Shown here: piece by piece, positions 43,337 to 57,695 of the stretch
Layout of the letters: every line of letters starts with the position of its first letter
How positions within the stretch are numbered: position 1 is the first letter of the stretch
Assembly: GCA_951406725.2 (NCBI GenBank)
Contig: OX597825.1
Coordinates: 85,436,001 to 85,500,000, forward strand
Reading direction: 5' to 3'
Length of the DNA: 64,000 nucleotides
Source of the DNA: Octopus vulgaris
Lineage: Eukaryota
Notes under the pieces: model-generated
The model's input: the letters and a program-made list of their open reading frames with translations, nothing else
Databases searched by the model: none
Told to the model about the DNA's origin: nothing
Position numbers and translations under genes: made by a program

Positions 43337-45315
43337 GACAAATCTACAATTTAGCGGTTAGAGAACATTGATATTTTAAATTTGCTGCAGAAATTTATTA
43401 ACTGCAGAGTTATTTCCGGTCTCTGTGCACCAAAATGAAGACATTCGAAAGACACTCCCAAATGTAAATTGCAGAACTTTATACATGATCTTTTTCGGGC
43501 GCGCATTCTGTGTCTAGTTCTGGAAATTGTGTTTCGTAATCGACAGACTACGCTGATAAGTTTGTAGATATGTACATTCGTAAATATTAACAAACGAAAC
43601 CATGGTACGTAGTTACCTACTCCTCTACGCCTGATGAAAGTTCCCAATATTTTTCATTTAAGAAACATATTCCTTTCCACGTAACCGAACGTATTATCTC
43701 CCACCCTATCGAACCTCATACTTTTCGGAAACTAGTATATCTAGAAAGCAATCGGTCCTTCTCTTTTTAAGCATTAGGATGTGATTTGATGAAATTTCGC
43801 TGCCATTTCCCGCATATTAGCTCACAAGCTCACATTTGCCTTCTGACGCTTGCGTACTCATATCTTACAAACAATATGTTTGACGTGAGTCTCTTTCCAA
43901 TGTGTTAATTAGTCTCTTTTATTCATAAAACTAAAACAACAATAATGAACTAAGTCCGCCATTTTACCCCAATTAAAATTATTAACTTTGACAGTTTTGT
44001 ATCAGAAATTGGTGTAGATTTTTTTATAAAATAACAAAGTAAAAATAAGATACTTCCATTCACTCAACAAATATTCTTGTTATTTAGCAGTTACATCATC
44101 ATTATTGTTGTTGTTGTTGTTGTTGTTGTTATTATTATTATTGTTGTTGTTGTTATCATGAAGTCAACATCTACAACAAAATCTGTTATTTTGGCTACTT
44201 CAAGAGGAAATAATTGCTTAAAAATGGTTTCACTTCGACTTAATCACAAACAATTTTCTTCAAATTCTATCTTAACTCATAAGCAGAAAAAAAAAAAAAG
44301 TGTGTGTGTGTGTGTGTGTGTCTGTGTGTGTGTGTGTGTCTGTGTGTATGTGTGTGTATGTGTGTACTTTTCTTCTCTTCAGATTTCTTCGCTTCTGACC
44401 TCACCCGCGAAATTGACTTCTCTTCGTTTATTTTCCATTTCAGTATCTTTGTGGAAGGCAGGCTATTTATATAATTAACACAGCAAATGAAATTTGAATG
44501 GCAACGATGGAGGAGGAGGAGGAGAAGGTGAAGGGATGTAACTTCTGGCTAATTAAATTGAAATAACAGCAATTTAGTTCAGTATTATTTCTAGAGCAAT
44601 TTACACCAATTTAGGTCAGATGAGCTGTGTGTGGTTGGGTTATTGAGAAGATACAAGTATTCTTCACTTTGACTATGTTCTTCGTTCGGTATCTTGGGAT
44701 TAACTGCTGCCATCATGTTTAAACCATTTTAAGAAGTAAATTGTCACATAAGAGCAGACATTCATTTCCAAGAATCATTATGGTTTTAATTAATCTAATG
44801 AGATTCAACCATCACCAACGCTACCGTCACCGAATCACTACAAAGGTGAACTGATTCGAAAACATCTACGTAGGATCTTGATCTGCAGGAAAAGAAGACA
44901 GAAAATCATTTTAAAAATCACATTCTACAGTCTTGAAAGGGGATGGGTACATCGCATGATGTGATCCGAGTTAGACTTGTCTCTATAGAAGATGGATTCT
45001 TCGCGATTGTAATGTCTTTGATGACAGGTCTGCAACAGTAAGGCGAACCTGAGCGAAGCAGTAACGAAAGCAAAACCGACTACAACGACGACCACAGCGA
45101 CAACAACAGCAACAACAAAAGCCGTTCAAGAATTTGGACCTGGAGATCTCCATTTCCAACGACTTCCAGGGCAACCTCCTAGTGGTGCCGGGCGTCAACG
45201 AAGAGCCCTCGACTACAACAAGACGACCAAAGTTTTTTTCTTTTTCCACGGTCTGGGGTCTTCCGCCCCTAAGCCCTAGACCACCATCTAATCACCCTTA
45301 TCCGTCTTGTTGCTT

Positions 45316-45354
<39 letters not shown>

Positions 45355-45916
45355 AACAGCAAAAACAACAGACAATAGATTGGAGTTACTACATGTGTGT
45401 CAGCTGGAGAACCTTCAAAAGCCAAAAGGTTCTCCAGCCGTCACACAACCACACATATACACTCACACATACACACGCACACACATACATAAGCACCAAA
45501 CACGCATGCGTGTGCGTGTGTGTGTTGATATTGAGGAAAATATCTTTTATGACAAGAAAATATTTTGCATGTAATGATATTTTTGAAAATTCGAAGAGGA
45601 ATGGAAGAAAAAATGTTATCAAAACTTGAGAAATGATATTTGAAAATATCTATTTAAATCTATTTAACACATTACAATAGAATTTTGATGTTGCATAACA
45701 TCAATCACACAAACACGAATATTAACGTATCACAGCACGACATTCGAGTGTATTTCTGGTAAACGTGTACGCGGCATTATCCAACTACACGTGACTAAAA
45801 ACATATCGAATTTTGCAGGAATTGATCAAATGAAACGGAAATATTCTCAACCAAATTTTGTTATACAAAGCTTAGGAATTAAAGATATCTGAAAGTTAGC
45901 TTATAAATAATATATA

Positions 45917-46788
45917 CGAAGGTGGCAACAAAAAGTTCCAGGACTCGTTCGCTAGCGCGCCAACAGATGACGGCACACGGTGGCGTGCACAATGAGAGAT
46001 AGCAGTGACATTGATGAGACAGTGTGCCGAAAGACGTCTCTGTGTTTACTTCGCAAGTTGTAAAGTATTTTTGTGACCACGTATATGCTGTAGTCTGCGG
46101 TTTTGTCATAGACAGGAACAAAGAGCCAATGTGAAAATTTGTGTTAAACTTTGGAAGTCTGCTACCGAGGCATTGAGCATGCTTTGGCAAGCTTACGGTG
46201 ACGAGGCAATGGAATGTAGGCAATGATTCGAGTGGCACGGGTACTTCAAAAGCGGAAGAACGTCCCTAGAAGATGATGAGGAATCCGGAAGACCTGCCAC
46301 GAGCATCACCATGGAAATGTGGCATTGTGCTTCGAGAATTCGTTTGCCAGAAGGTCAATCGAGAGTTCTACAGCGACCGGATCTGTGGAGTAGGAAGAAT
46401 TGGATTCTTCATGACGACAATGCAGCCTGGCAGCAAGCTGTCCTCACTCGTGAGCTTCTCACCAGAAACAACATGGTGTCACTGCCACACCCGCGCTATT
46501 CGACAGGTCAAGCACCTGCCGACTTCCATCTCTTCTTCTCCACGATGAAAATGCAGCTCAAAAGTCGCCGTTTTAACACCGTTATCGACATTGAAAGTGA
46601 ATCGCAGAAGGTCCGCGACACGCTTACGGAAAACGGATTCTTGACCGAATTCCAAACGTGGCAGGAACACTTCGACCGGAGTATTGCTGCGCAAGGTGAC
46701 TACTTTAAAGGAAAGATGCTAAAACTTACGTAAATATGTTATTTTTTATTAAATATAACAAATCCTGAACCTTTTTGATACCACCTCG
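45917..46788 (+). mobile_element. Internally deleted mariner (Tc1/mariner) transposon with both TIRs and TA flanks
   Basis: TA|CGAAGGTGGCAACAAAAAGTTCCAGGA ... TCCTGAACCTTTTTGATACCACCTCG|TA. N-terminal EQRANVKICVKL.KSATEALSML.QAYGD..GRTSLEDDE.SGRP; C-terminal WILHDDNA..PHPRYSTGQAPADFHLF (decayed HDNA and YSPDLAPxD motifs). Confidence 0.95.
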
Positions 46789-46874
46789 TATTAATGCTGA
46801 AGAAAGTTCCTTTGATAATATCATGGAAATTTTTGCCTTGTTATCTTGAAAGGTAGTTTGACAGCATTAGTAAA

Positions 46875-47125
46875 TTACTTTTGTAAATTAAGCTTATGGA
46901 AGTGGTGGTGGATGATATGAAGGTTCTCTGTGGCACGGAAACGGCAGCTCTCTGATTTGTTCTTAAATATCTGCGCTTTACCTGATACTGATAGTGAAAT
47001 ACTTGTGTTTTCTCCTTTGTCTCTCTGTTTCCAAATATACTTGGAATACAGTGTGGTATTTTCCATTTGACATTGGCGAAATAATCTGGTGATGTTAATG
47101 CAGACCTCCGATAAAGTTCTGCTGT
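46875..47125 (-). mobile_element. Penelope-like element GIY-YIG endonuclease C-terminal remnant
   Basis: FRQCQMENTTLYSKYIWKQRDKGENTSISLSVSGKAQIFKNKSESCRFRATENLHII..LN resembles the PLE pattern SFR..NSTxLSKYIWxLK..IxWSI..A..YxNxSxxCxLCxxEKxxI..LN. Confidence 0.7.
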
Positions 47126-48240
47126 GTGAGTATTGCTTCCTCTCTCGCCAATTTGGCACCTTTTCTCGAATAGCCAATCATTTCACTGTCTTCTGCCTCA
47201 AAGCTGACTAGAGATTTGCTCAGTGGCTTAATATGCATGAAATAGCAGCTAAATCTTCCTCTCATCACACACAGCTGTGTAAAAAAAAGAGTGAGTCATA
47301 AGAAAATACAGCTCCAAATACACTTAAATTGAAAAGTGGTTGTCACGGTTATAACGTCTTTAGGCGCATGCCTACTCGATTCCAGCCATGTAGGAATTAA
47401 TCAAGAACACCAGAAATAATAACGGAGAAAAAAACAGCAACAACAATCACAACAACACAATGTAAAAAAATTAATTTAGTTTCTTTCTTGCAACAAAAAC
47501 GAACTGGATTGAATAAAACCGAATAGAATAGGATGGGAGAGATTATAATAGAACAACAGAGAATAAAAGATTATATAGGAGAGAATAGAATGGAAGAGAA
47601 GACAAGAGAGAACAGTGAAACAGAATAGAATAGAATAGAACATCAGGCATAATTATATATAATGCAACATAATCGAACATAGAGAATAGAGCAGAATAGA
47701 ATAGGTTGTTGACGCTGCTGCTGTTGTTGTTGTTGTTACAAGTTGTGGGGGTGGAGTGGGAGCTGTAAGTGTGGTGGTAGTTGCGGTGGCGGTGGCGATA
47801 GTAGTAGTAGTAGCAGTAGTTGTGGTGTACTGGCGCTTGCTTGCTGCAAGAGGGTTTTTCTGTGAGGCCGACGAAGTTGGTCTCAGGAAACGACGCTACC
47901 ACGTGGTTTAATGGTAGAAGCTCTCCCCGACCCCACCCCAACCGCCTCTATTAGCGAGGAACGCCTATTTCTGAGGTTATCATGTAGGTAGGCAGATACG
48001 AGTGGAGACGACAGCTTCGAAACCATGCGAGCTCAGCTTCAATCCCATACACGGCACATGAGGCAAGTGTCTTCTCCCACAAGGTAACGGCTGTGCAGAT
48101 GACTGACGTCTGTACATCCACATACATACACACACACATACATACACAGACACAGACACACACACTCATATATATATATATATATGCACATGTGTATGTA
48201 TTTATATATATATATAACTGACATACATACATACACACAC

Positions 48241-48272
<32 letters not shown>

Positions 48273-48295
48273 GTATATATATATATGTATATTTA

Positions 48296-48370
<75 letters not shown>

Positions 48371-48481
48371 ACGTCAGATATATATATATAAATGCATACA
48401 CATGTGCATATATATATATATATATACATGCATACAAGCACACACACACACATATGTGTATATGTGCATTTATTCGATAGT

Positions 48482-48790
48482 GAAGGCACGTAGCTTAGTA
48501 GTTAAGGTGTTCGGCTCACGTTCACAAGGTCATGCGTTCAATTCCCGGCGACGCGTTGTGTCCTTGAGCAAGACACTTTATTTCATGTTGCTCCAGTCCA
48601 CTGTGTAGTACCTGTATTTCAAAAAGGGCCAGCCATGTAGCATTCTGTGTCACGCTGAATCTTTCTGAGAACTACTTTAAGAGTACATGTGTCTGTGGAT
48701 TACTCAGTCAGTTGCACGTTAATTTCACGAGCAAGCTGTTCCGTTGATCGAATCAACTGGAACCTTCGTCGTCGTAACCGACGGAGGGCC
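48482..48790 (+). mobile_element. tRNA-derived SINE, family C, most complete copy
   Basis: GAAGGCACGTAGCTTAGTAGTTAAGG (A box)..GTTCAATTCCC (B box)..TTGAGCAAGACACTTTATTTCA..CGTAACCGACGGAG. Confidence 0.85.
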
Positions 48791-49202
48791 AGTTATCCAA
48801 TAAACCGACAGACAGACACACAGGTAGGCAATTAGAAAGATAAATAGATTGATAGATAGATCCATATATTTGAATGTATATAGGTATATACATGTGTATA
48901 TGTATGATGGAAAAAAGTATGAATTGTTGAGAAAAGACAATTATATAAAATAAATATTAACTGAATATCAAAGAATTTCTAGTAAAAACAAAATTCAAAT
49001 TAAAAAAATACGCAACAGATTTATTGATACGCAAACATTGATTGGGAGACGATAGCATTGAAAATATCGGTGAGAGATGTTGAATAGAGGAAAGAAAAAC
49101 CGAAATTTCCCAAAACAAAGAACACAAGAATAAACCTCTCTCTCTCTCTTTCTCTCTCTCGTTCTCTCACTCTTTAGAAGTAATAATATATAGTACCGAT
49201 GA

Positions 49203-49358
<156 letters not shown>

Positions 49359-49880
49359 GTACATATATGCGTGCATGTTTATAAATTTATTTATAAATAC
49401 GTTTATACGTATATATAAATACTTTTAAACGTCAATATATATATTAATCGAATCTAATAAATAAATAAATACACACACACACATATATATATATTTAATA
49501 AAAATAATTATATTATATATATATATATAATAGAAATAATTTGTGGAATATCAAAGAACTGAGGTAGAAATTAACGCCACTGTTGTCTCCCCTGCTCACG
49601 CTCTGACCCGCCATTACAATGCATCGTAGCAAATATATATTCGTTTGCTTATTAAATCTCTTAGATCACTGCTTGCAGTTGCAACGCACATATTATATTG
49701 CATTATCGTAGGAAGGAAGAACCGATCCTTCCCTTCATCTGCCAGAAAAATAAATAAATTTGGAGCTAACTGTGCAAAAGGTTTGTTTGAATTTACATGC
49801 AGCGTTTTTCAGTTTTGCGTTTCTATGGAAGGTTATCTACACATCCACACAGGTGTTGGGGGAAGGGACACGTAAAATAT

Positions 49881-49954
<74 letters not shown>

Positions 49955-49988
49955 CATACATATATGTATGTATGTGTATATATATATA

Positions 49989-50201
49989 CAGGGTGTCCCA
50001 AAAAAATGTATGCATACTTTAACTCGTTTTTGCACTTCAACTGCATTTTCACACTTCCAGTATCATTTTAGAATGAATTTTCTTTGTTCAAAGCTTAATC
50101 TGACTGCCATCATTAAATCCTATAGGTTTCATCTGGAAAGAAAAAATATCAAATGAGTTATCAGCTGCTAAAGTGTGTATACATTTTTTGGGGACACCCT
50201 G
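49989..50201. mobile_element. 213-bp Tc1/mariner-type MITE inserted in (TA)n
   Basis: TA|CAGGGTGTCCCAAAAAAATGTATGCATACTTTA ... TAAAGTGTGTATACATTTTTTGGGGACACCCTG|TA; TIRs of about 33 bp. Confidence 0.93.
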
Positions 50202-50232
<31 letters not shown>

Positions 50233-50249
50233 GAATATATATGGATATA

Positions 50250-50453
<204 letters not shown>

Positions 50454-51574
50454 TTGACAAATGTTCCGCGAACTGGAACCCAGAACAACTTGATTTCGAA
50501 GTAAACTTCTTAACAACACTGTCATGCCAAAATAGACACCAAAAATGGAAACGAGTCACGGGATGTAAAATCTAAAGAAATTTGAAAGAAACACAAACAG
50601 GAAACTGAATCAACAAGTATAGGACGACGTCAGCAAAACTGATAAAAAGAACAAATAATTCAATTTTCAACTTAGAACGAATTCAGTATTCATAAGAAAA
50701 CTGCAAGATGGCGATGAGGTAGCGTTACTTTTGACAAGAGAAGAAACATCTCAGTGCGTTTCTTTATTAAATCCTATTTATACTTCCATTGTATAATTAT
50801 ATTCCTGCTTCAAAATAAATTAAAGGAAAGAATAGAAATACGATGTTGTCCACAGGGTATTAAAACAGAAAAACAAATGTCTTCCTTCGGCCATTGAAAC
50901 ATATTCTGCCTCGCATTGGAAATGCAGAAAGCTTTAACTCTCCTGTTCTTTGGTGCCACAAAGAATATTGGTTTAGCTTGGTAAGCATTTGTAAAACATG
51001 ATACCATGTTGTGTATGTCGTTGTTATTTTAGCATGCTCTTCATTTTTTAAAGGGGTTACGTTGTGGTTTGAGAGATATTAACTGCTATGCTTAGCAGAC
51101 TCGACGATCATGGAGATGTTCTTTCATAGCGGTTTAGCCCTTATCCATCAGAAGCTTATAAACACAGATGTTCCGGATGCGACCAACCAATTAGAAACAT
51201 GTTCGACGACATTGACAGACATGCACTTTTCGTTTTTAAGGAGCCATATCTGGCCTTAGAGAGTGCCGTCTGCCATTTCTAGCAAGTCAATCGAAAGTTG
51301 GCCCCTTGTGGAGCCGTCTGTAGAGTTGAAAAAGAAAAAAAGTGATATCAGATGTTATTTTTATTGTTTTACTTTTACAATCAATATATTAGAAAATGAT
51401 CAAATTCATAACATTTTAAAAAAGCAAATAATAGCGAAGCGTCCGTCCAAGTGCTAAAACAACAGCTAAATCAACCTCAAAACGCACCTTACTGTTTTAA
51501 AAGAAGGAAGCAATGGATATTGTATCTGAAAGAGACGCGAAGGTCTTGGTAATCTTTTGTCATTTCTTTTGTAT

Positions 51575-51831
51575 TTTTGTTTTAGGCATTAGACTGCGGC
51601 CATACTAGAGCACCGCCTCGAAGAATTTTAGTCGAGTAAATCGCCCCCAGTACTTTTTAAAACCTGGTACTCATTCTAGGGTCTCTTTTGGTGAACCGCT
51701 AATGCATAGGGACGCAAACACACCAGCACCGGTTATCAAGAGGTGGTGGGGGACAAACACAGACACAGACACAGACACACACACATACACACACACACAC
51801 ACACAACACACATACATAAATATATATGTGA

Positions 51832-51882
<51 letters not shown>

Positions 51883-52020
51883 TAAATTAGAGATAAAACC
51901 ACTATTATGCAAATCAAACAGTGAAAAACATACATATATATATATATAATCACAACAGGCTTCTTTCAATTTCCGTCTACAAAATCCACTCACGCTGCCT
52001 TTCATCGGCCCAAGGCCGTA
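51575..52020 (-). mobile_element. SINE family A, head-truncated and interrupted by (TA)n plus a short insert
   Basis: GACTGCGGCCATACTAGAGCACCGCC..GGGGACAAACACAGAC, then CAGGCTTCTTTCAATTTCCGTCTAC.AAATCCACTCAC. Confidence 0.78.
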
Positions 52021-52994
52021 TAAGAAGTTAGCTGCGTTTTCTAGAAGACTTATGCAATGCTCGGCCAGAAGTGAATTGGAATTAAACAAGAAAAACGAAG
52101 TGAAACGGAAACATTGAGAGTTTACTTCTTGCTTTATGATACACATCTGTTATGGTAAAGGGTCTTCGGTTTCAGACAGTGTTGTGATGTTTATGCATTA
52201 CCTAATCTATTACTAGGGAAAGGGAACGTTGTTTTTTTAATGCAACGGTAGATTGAAACCGCATCGTTGTGCATCCGTGCCGGAGTTAACTCATCGATTA
52301 CTCCACGATCTTAACCAGTGATATTCGAAGGCTCAGTGTGGTCAAATATAGATTATATGACACCCTACCGTTTTTAACCAGAAAGGATGTGCTGAGTAAT
52401 GCATTCGTAGATACATTATGTTGAAAGAAACAAAAGACAGGATGGTCACGTTTGGAATGCTTTTGGTTATAGATCTACTTTATCAGGACTGACCTGCAGC
52501 CAAAACAAAAACAATTAAAGTGCGGAGATAATATTTCTGAATGGAAATTTGAATCAATTTTTCTTCATTAAATAACGATTTTTCGTTAAAAGCTTTTTTT
52601 TCGCCGTGTTGGTAAAATATATGATTGATCGAATATCATGACAGACAGATTTTTACTAATATTTTAGCGAAGAATTAACTTGATTTTTCTTTTCTTTAAA
52701 TGTATGAAATAAGAAAAAATGAAGGAAGAATATAATATAATTAAAGTCGTACAAGAAATATAACGAAATGCAGAGAATTATAAGGAATATAAGTGAGATC
52801 AGGAAAGCTAAATAAATGAATAAAGCAGAAATGGAAAATAGTGAGAATTATTGATCTGTACTTTTATGTATAAAGATTATAGATAGTGTAAGATTATCAA
52901 AATGAGGAGAATATATGATGGTTGCATATCCATCCATTTTATCAGGTGATCGTCTAATATTCCAGGTTTTAAAAAGTAATTACCAAACAGATAG

Positions 52995-53237
52995 ATTTTC
53001 ATAAAGACCTCTGATTTACTCAGTTAACTTACAGAAGAATATGATTCCTTCCAACTACACAGAAACTTGTATCTTTCAGTTCTATTTCTATATGGTCCGC
53101 GTTGTTCGAGAACCTTCCATTCCTTCTCAAATCAGCGGTATGTTCTCTCAAATTCTGGATGTAATTGAGTATTTGTTCCCCATTTTTCTACCGTTCTTTG
53201 AATATGCCTTCTATCATACCGACATAACATGTATTCC
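52995..53237 (-). mobile_element. Second, more decayed Penelope-like GIY-YIG remnant
   Basis: Minus strand CYVGMIEGIFKER..LNYIQNLRE..EWKVLEQRGPYRNRTER..FCV..HIL..SEVF, i.e. YIG..FKxR followed by the downstream PLE motifs. Confidence 0.55.
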
Positions 53238-55256
53238 TTATATTAATATTCATCTCGATGCAGGTAATTCTGCTTCATATATAATCGCTTCTTCATTCCA
53301 TGAATTATTCTAATACTTCTTAAAATATGTTTCCCTCGATTTTTCTATTTTATACTTTTCAAAGAATAAATAAAGGTTATGTTACATCCGCACCGTTTTT
53401 TCCGATTCCTTACTAATTCTATTTATTTTTTTATATTCATATATTCTTTTACTTTTATCAGTTTTACGTAGTCTTCCAATAAGTAACCGAGAGAAATAAA
53501 TCAACCGTAATCTTGCCAAAACGATGATTGAACCCAACATAGGCTGTCAACCTGAGGAATTTGGTTCGTAGAAATAGTAGAAAGGTTGAATGAGTGCAAA
53601 GGAGAAATAAAATGGCCGCTTTTCTAGGAGACATTCACACCGAATCAAAACCCTGATAAACTAAATCAATATACATTTTAATTCACAAATATTTGTATTA
53701 CGAATAAATTGTACTAATTTTACGTATGTTCAAAAACGGCAGTGTGGTACTGTGCGAACCATCTGTTCCTTTTATTTCGGATATCTTAGATTCCATTCAT
53801 GCTTTAAGTGCCATTTTACAGCTCATTGACTGGCAATGAGCTTACTCGAAAACCTGGCTCGGTCCACTCACTTACGTCACATTCGCTGATGAGAAACGCA
53901 TGAAAGTCTTTTCATCTCATTTCCTACATCACAAGCTCCAAGAATTTATGCCCAATTTAATCCAACTGATAAGTGTAAGACAAGGAACCCCCCCCCGTCC
54001 CCTGTAGTCACAACAATAGAAACAACAACCAGATTCGTTCATGGCACAAAAGGAAGAAAACAGTGGATAATCTAAGCTTCGATTAAGCATTTAAACCTTG
54101 AATTCTATGGGACGCACACGACTGGAACCGCTTTGATCGTATGCGTGCCGAAGGATCAGTGACTTGGTGTTAAACAACAGCAATATCAACATCACAATCA
54201 CTATCACCAATAACAACGCAAGTAATCCACTACGTGACCACTCGACGTGCCAGACATGTCAAATAAAGACCCCCCAAATCATGCCAAATAAAGGTCCCTA
54301 AATTATAAATTGTTGTTCTAGAAAAAGGACACATTAGATGAAGGCTCACGGTGTATGGATTTATTTGGACGGTAACAGCAGGAACACCTTCGTCCATAGG
54401 TTTTTGTAAGATATAGGAGGAAATGGGGTTTAAAAGCAACAACAACTAAAAATCCGGAAAACCAACGACATGTAATGAACATGTAATGATGCGGACAAAG
54501 GAAGTCATTCAAGCCGCTAGAAACAGCAGCGAAAACTCACTCAGATCATAGCCAGCTTCTTTTAATTGGTCACTTTATTCCTTGGCATGCACAACGCTCA
54601 GTTGGCCACATTTGGAAAGCTTTTGATTGCATAATGCTGCTTAGAGGCTGAGTTCGAGCTGAATAACAACAAACCAATATGGCGCTAGAATTTTGACGAC
54701 AACAAATAGATTTCCGGTAAGTTAAATCTGTAATAGATTTATGAGACACGGCGGAAGCCAACCGTTTCCAAGTAGGTCTGTAATGTGGATTGGTAAATAC
54801 ACAAATTTCAGAACAGCAACACCACCACCTCCAACACTACCATCACCACCAGCACTGCCACCGTAACCACCGCCACCACTACCACCACCACCACCATAAC
54901 CATTTCAACCACCACCATCACCACCACTGCAACCACCTCAACCACCACTATCACCAACCACCAGCATCACCGGTAACCATCTCCACCACCGTTATCACCA
55001 TCATCGCGGCCACCATAACAACCTCCACCAACGCCATCCATCATCAGTGTTCCTTTTATCTTACCCAAAAATTTTGGGATTTTTCTTCTCAAAGAAAAAA
55101 AAAGGAAAAAAAAGGAAACGAAACGCTAGCGACAATCAGGTTTCAGCTGAGGACGAAAGAAAACGACTCTGAAAAGATTTTTCAACCGAAAAGCAGCCAC
55201 AAGCGGCGGCGGAGGAGTGTTTCGTGCGAATATCGATCCAATGGATTGCTAACATA

Positions 55257-55306
<50 letters not shown>

Positions 55307-55691
55307 AAGACAGATAGAGAGAGAGAGAGTAGAAGATAATGCAGTTGTTTCGATATGGCAGTAGCAAGCAATACAATGATAACGGTAGCCACAGAACAAT
55401 TTTGGTGCTACAAGCATTTACAGACAAAGTTCCATCGTGAAGTTCCGAATTAACGATGTGGTTCTCTACAGAAAAACTGCAGGAAAATAGTCATAAATAT
55501 GCAATATGCAATGCGGTTGGCATCTTTAAGCAATGGGAGACAAAGAAAAGTTTAAAGGCTTTGCTGTATTTATTCAAATTGTTTGTTTCTTTTTTTATAC
55601 ACCGACAGATAATTCCTGCAAGAGAAAAAGACATTCGTTTTAACGGTATAGGCTTTCATGTGAAGGTACGTACATTAGATATACTCAAACA

Positions 55692-55728
<37 letters not shown>

Positions 55729-55762
55729 GTATGTGTGTGTGTATATATATTTATATATACAT

Positions 55763-55806
<44 letters not shown>

Positions 55807-55817
55807 GCATATATATA

Positions 55818-55850
<33 letters not shown>

Positions 55851-56082
55851 CTACTGCGTGCACCCATACATATGAAAGTATGATTGTAAGTATACAGATC
55901 AAACACATACATAGATATGTGTGTGTATATGTGTGTGTGAGTGTGTGCGTGTGTGTGTATGAATATACGTATATATATATATAAACATATATATGTATAT
56001 ATGTGTGTGTGTGTATACATATGCTGATATACATATGAACACATATATATATATATCTGTCTATCTATCTATCTATCTATCT

Positions 56083-56608
56083 GTATGTATGTATGTATGT
56101 ATGTATGTATGTATGTATGTATGTATGTATGTATGTATGTATGCATGTATGTATGTATGTATGTTTGTATGTATGCATGTATGTATGTATGTATGCATGC
56201 ATGTATGTATGTATGTATGTATGTATGTTGTATGTATGTATGTATGTATGTATGTATGTATGTATGTATGTATGTATGTATGTATGTATGTATGTATGTA
56301 TGTATGCATGCATGCATGCATGTATGTATGTATGTATGTATGTATGTATGTATGTATGTATGTATCTATGTATGTATGTATGTATGTATGTATGTATGTA
56401 TGTATGTATGTATGTATGTATGTATCTATGTATGTATGTATGTATGTATGTATGTATGTATGTATGTATCTATGTATGTATGTATGTATGTATGTATGTA
56501 TGTATGCATGCATGCATGCATGTATGTATGTATGTATGTATGTATGTATGTATCTATGTATGTATGTATGTATGTATGTATGTATGTATGTATGTATGTA
56601 TGTATGTA
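56083..56608. repeat. Long (TATG)n tetranucleotide array with CATG/TATC variants
   Basis: Directly visible; similar arrays at about 845, 2255, 6357, 8455 and 37500. Confidence 0.98.
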
Positions 56609-57084
56609 TTTCCACGGGAGTAAACGAGATTTGAGTTGTAGACTTAATGTCTGAAGAGAAAACAGGATTTTTGCCAATAAGTTGTGAGATCACCTTTCAC
56701 AACTTGTATGGTCAGATCCAAAAGATGATCACTTCACTCCTCCCTTCCTCCCTCCCTTCCTTCTTTCCTCCCTCCCTTTCTTCTTTCCTTCCTTCCTTCC
56801 TTCCTCACCATTCTCCATCGAGAATACCATCAAGCTAACTGCTCTTCTTCGCCATTGTCATTGTCAATTTATTTAAAATAATTTTACCTTCACCAACCTC
56901 TGGAAATTTTCCAGTTTCATAAAATTGAAATAGTTCTCCATTAAAAGGTATCCTCTCTTGACACTTACAATTTATTTCTTAATTGCTCTTAATAATTGAT
57001 CCATAATTATTTCCATAAACTCGCAACTTGGCCCTGAGGCGAAATAAAGACGTCATTTTTCTTTTATACTTTCTGTCGTCATTT

Positions 57085-57275
57085 GGCGGCGAGCTGGCAG
57101 AATCGTTAGCACGTCAGACAAAGTAATTAGTGTCATTTCTTCCGACACATTACGACCAGAGTTCAAATTCTACCGCCATCAACCCGACTTTTGTATTCTT
57201 TTCACGAATAAGTTGAGATCTTGGGTGGATGTAATCGCCTTACCCAAATTTCAGGCCTTGACCCTACAGTTGAAT
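57085..57275 (+). mobile_element. SINE family B, diverged
   Basis: GGCGGCGAGCTGGCAGAATCGTTAGCACG..GAGTTCAAATTC. Confidence 0.75.
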
Positions 57276-57641
57276 AATAGTCGGTGCGTTCACTGATTTC
57301 TTTCTCAGTTGATAGAGGAAAAAGTGAAAGCCTTGGTCCAGGTTTCGATTCTAATTAGAATCTTCCTCAGTTTTGGTATACAACTTATTTCTCTGTCCAC
57401 GGAGAAGTACAGGAAAACTCCACATATCTTTTGTCATTAATTTGTTTTAATTATATGGCTGCGGCCATGCTGGGGCACCCTCTCGAGGGGTTTAGTCAAA
57501 GAAATTAATCTCATTACTTATTAATTGTTTCAAGTTCAGTACTCATTTGATCGGTCCATTTTGCCGAACCGCTAATTTACGACTAACAATGATTGCCAAA
57601 CAGTGTGTATGTGAAGCGGAGGGGAGGAACAAGAACACATA

Positions 57642-57695
<54 letters not shown>

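Noticed and set aside
45150-45230. TGF-beta-like furin site RQRR|ALDY
   Set aside because: No cysteine-knot sequence follows and the frame ends shortly after; probably coincidence.
54820-55045. His-rich protein (ORF 54790-55257)
   Set aside because: A degenerate (CAC/CCA)n repeat, like those near 31210 and 31693; no coding evidence.
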